Positions 62,825-64,000 of a stretch of DNA of 64,000 nucleotides are shown piece after piece. The stretch covers positions 84,347 through 148,346 of the forward strand of contig CACOAW010000002.1 of assembly GCA_902625325.1 (NCBI GenBank), written 5' to 3'. Numbering within the stretch: position 1 is the first letter of the stretch; each line of letters opens with the position of its first letter. Below the pieces are notes generated by a model. That model saw only the letters and a program-made list of their open reading frames with translations. It searched no databases and was not told where the DNA came from. Both the position numbers and the translations under genes were made by a program. Source of the DNA: an uncultured Candidatus Poseidoniales archaeon (lineage in GTDB: Archaea; Thermoplasmatota; Poseidoniia; Poseidoniales; Thalassarchaeaceae).

Positions 62825-64000
62825 ATGGAAGATAGAGAACCGGAGGATTCTGGCCCAAAGCTGGATGAAGAGGACGAGTGGCAGCTCTATGCTTCAGCCG
62901 GTTACGCCTCATTCGAGTCGGAGAACGAGAACGAGGACACTCAGACCGAACTGGAACAGGAAGAAATCTGGTTCGACGGCGATGATTTCGACTTTGAAGG
63001 AAGCACGGTGAACTGGGACTCCCCGCCATGCCCAGCCCCACTCGGGATTGCTCATGTGATCAAGATAGGCGTCTGCAACCATTGCCTGGCTAGAGTCTCT
63101 GGTAAGCTGATCAGAGGGGATTCCTCAGAGGCTGGCGCCTCAATTAGGGAAGAGGCATACTCCAGAGACAATGAACTGGAATCAAAGATAGCCCAGGACT
63201 ACTGCCCTCTATGTGAGAATCTGTTCGATGACATCGAGAATATCGTGGACAGGGTACTAGGGGAGCTCTCAGAGACCGAATTCAAGACCATGCAGTTCGG
63301 AATCCATCTCCCGAAGGATCTTGTCCAAGAAGAGGACAGAATCAGGAGCAAATACGGCGCCCAGGGTTCTTACCACCTCAAAGGAGCAATCGTCGAGGCA
63401 ATTCATGCGAGGATAGGAGAGTTGGATAAAACAATCGAGTTTGTCAAGGAGAAGCCAGATGTCATGGTTCTCGTAGACGGCCTTACCCTGAGGGTAGATG
63501 TGGATGTGAGGCCTATTTTCCTTTACGGAAGGTACAGGAAGGTCATTCGTGGAATCCCTCAGACACGCTGGCCATGCAGGGCCTGCCGAGGGAGAAAAGG
63601 AGGCTGCGAATCTTGCGAGGGAACCGGGCTACAATACGTTGACTCCGTACAGGACCTAATCGGGGAACCGATCAGGGAGGCCCTGGGAGCCGAGGACACC
63701 TCATTCCATGGGATGGGCAGGGAAGACATCGATGTCCGCTGCCTTGGATCGGGAAGGCCATTCGTAATGGAGATAAAACGCCCGCTCAGAAGAAACCTCC
63801 CAACAAAGGATTTGATGGACATGGTCCAAACTCACGCCTCGGGCAAGGTCGAGGTAGACGAGTTGATTTGGTGTACTAGAAAGAAGGTCAACGAGGTCAA
63901 GCAGTCCAGGTCCGAAAAGACATACACGATTCGATTCAGGGCAGAAGGAATCGATGACGAGAAAAAAGCAGAGGAGGGAATACTCTCCCTATCTGGACAA
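62825..64000 (+). CDS. pus10: tRNA pseudouridine synthase Pus10 (3' end beyond window)
   Basis: My own translation gives 'VCNHCLARVSG', 'YCPLCENLF', 'RWPCRACRGRKGGCESCEGTG', and 'FHGMGREDIDVRCLGSGRPFVMEIKRP'. The ORF has no stop before nt 64000. A GTG at 62789 is an alternative start. It is absent from the ORF track because it is open-ended. Confidence 0.85.
   Translation, partial: MEDREPEDSGPKLDEEDEWQLYASAGYASFESENENEDTQTELEQEEIWFDGDDFDFEGSTVNWDSPPCPAPLGIAHVIKIGVCNHCLARVSGKLIRGDSSEAGASIREEAYSRDNELESKIAQDYCPLCENLFDDIENIVDRVLGELSETEFKTMQFGIHLPKDLVQEEDRIRSKYGAQGSYHLKGAIVEAIHARIGELDKTIEFVKEKPDVMVLVDGLTLRVDVDVRPIFLYGRYRKVIRGIPQTRWPCRACRGRKGGCESCEGTGLQYVDSVQDLIGEPIREALGAEDTSFHGMGREDIDVRCLGSGRPFVMEIKRPLRRNLPTKDLMDMVQTHASGKVEVDELIWCTRKKVNEVKQSRSEKTYTIRFRAEGIDDEKKAEEGILSLSGQ

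Noticed and set aside
1-64000. Search by eye for CRISPR arrays, IS elements or transposases, integrases, tRNA and rRNA genes, and toxin-antitoxin or other compact defence cassettes
   Set aside because: I noticed no direct-repeat/spacer periodicity, no DDE or tyrosine-recombinase motifs, and no non-coding gap long enough for rRNA (the two longest gaps are ~210 and ~125 nt). No cloverleaf-like GC-rich segment was seen in the gaps. A tRNAscan or Infernal run would be needed to be definitive.

Overview
This is a densely coding archaeal chromosomal segment with almost no intergenic space and many ATGA/GTGA/TTGA start-stop overlaps. The archaeal assignment rests on MCM helicase, GatE, Pth2, Pus10, an AK6/Fap7-like kinase, a RaSEA-like radical-SAM protein, and the conserved cluster ftsZ-secE-spt5-rpl11-rpl1-rpl10(P0)-rpl12(P1). 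Mixed with these are many bacterial- or eukaryote-like genes. The mix would fit a planktonic euryarchaeote such as marine group II/III, but that is a guess I cannot verify.

Main blocks:
- 1-8.5 kb: a LIV-type ABC importer with a mosaic, internally duplicated binding protein and a giant fused LivH-LivM permease.
- 8.5-20 kb: MCM, GatE, Pth2, a cysteine dioxygenase, and two paralogous coiled-coil proteins ending in COG3743-type HhH modules.
- 20.3-23.5 kb: a surface protein with a 7-blade RCC1 propeller and about 16 Cys-rich repeats.
- 25.6-34.2 kb: an AddB/AddA-type helicase-nuclease pair.
- 34-44 kb: metabolic and transport genes.
- 44.7-49.5 kb: the ribosomal, Spt5, SecE and FtsZ cluster.
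- 49.5-64 kb: lipid, transport and chaperone genes, an RND exporter, HDAC, and Pus10 (cut off by the window end).

Most notable observations:
- A bacterial-style AddAB system sits in an archaeal context. The addA Walker A box lies upstream of any canonical start codon, and an in-register G7 run sits at the addB stop.
- Spt5 is fused to a degenerate Nudix-like domain.
- The adjacent uL11 gene has most of its N-terminal domain deleted.
- Ca-binding, dockerin-like modules sit inside an ABC permease.
- The cysteine dioxygenase carries the eukaryote-type Cys/Tyr pair.
- An ORB-like motif lies upstream of mcm.

By eye I found no rRNA, tRNA, CRISPR array, transposase or integrase. All family assignments come from motif recognition by eye, not from searches.
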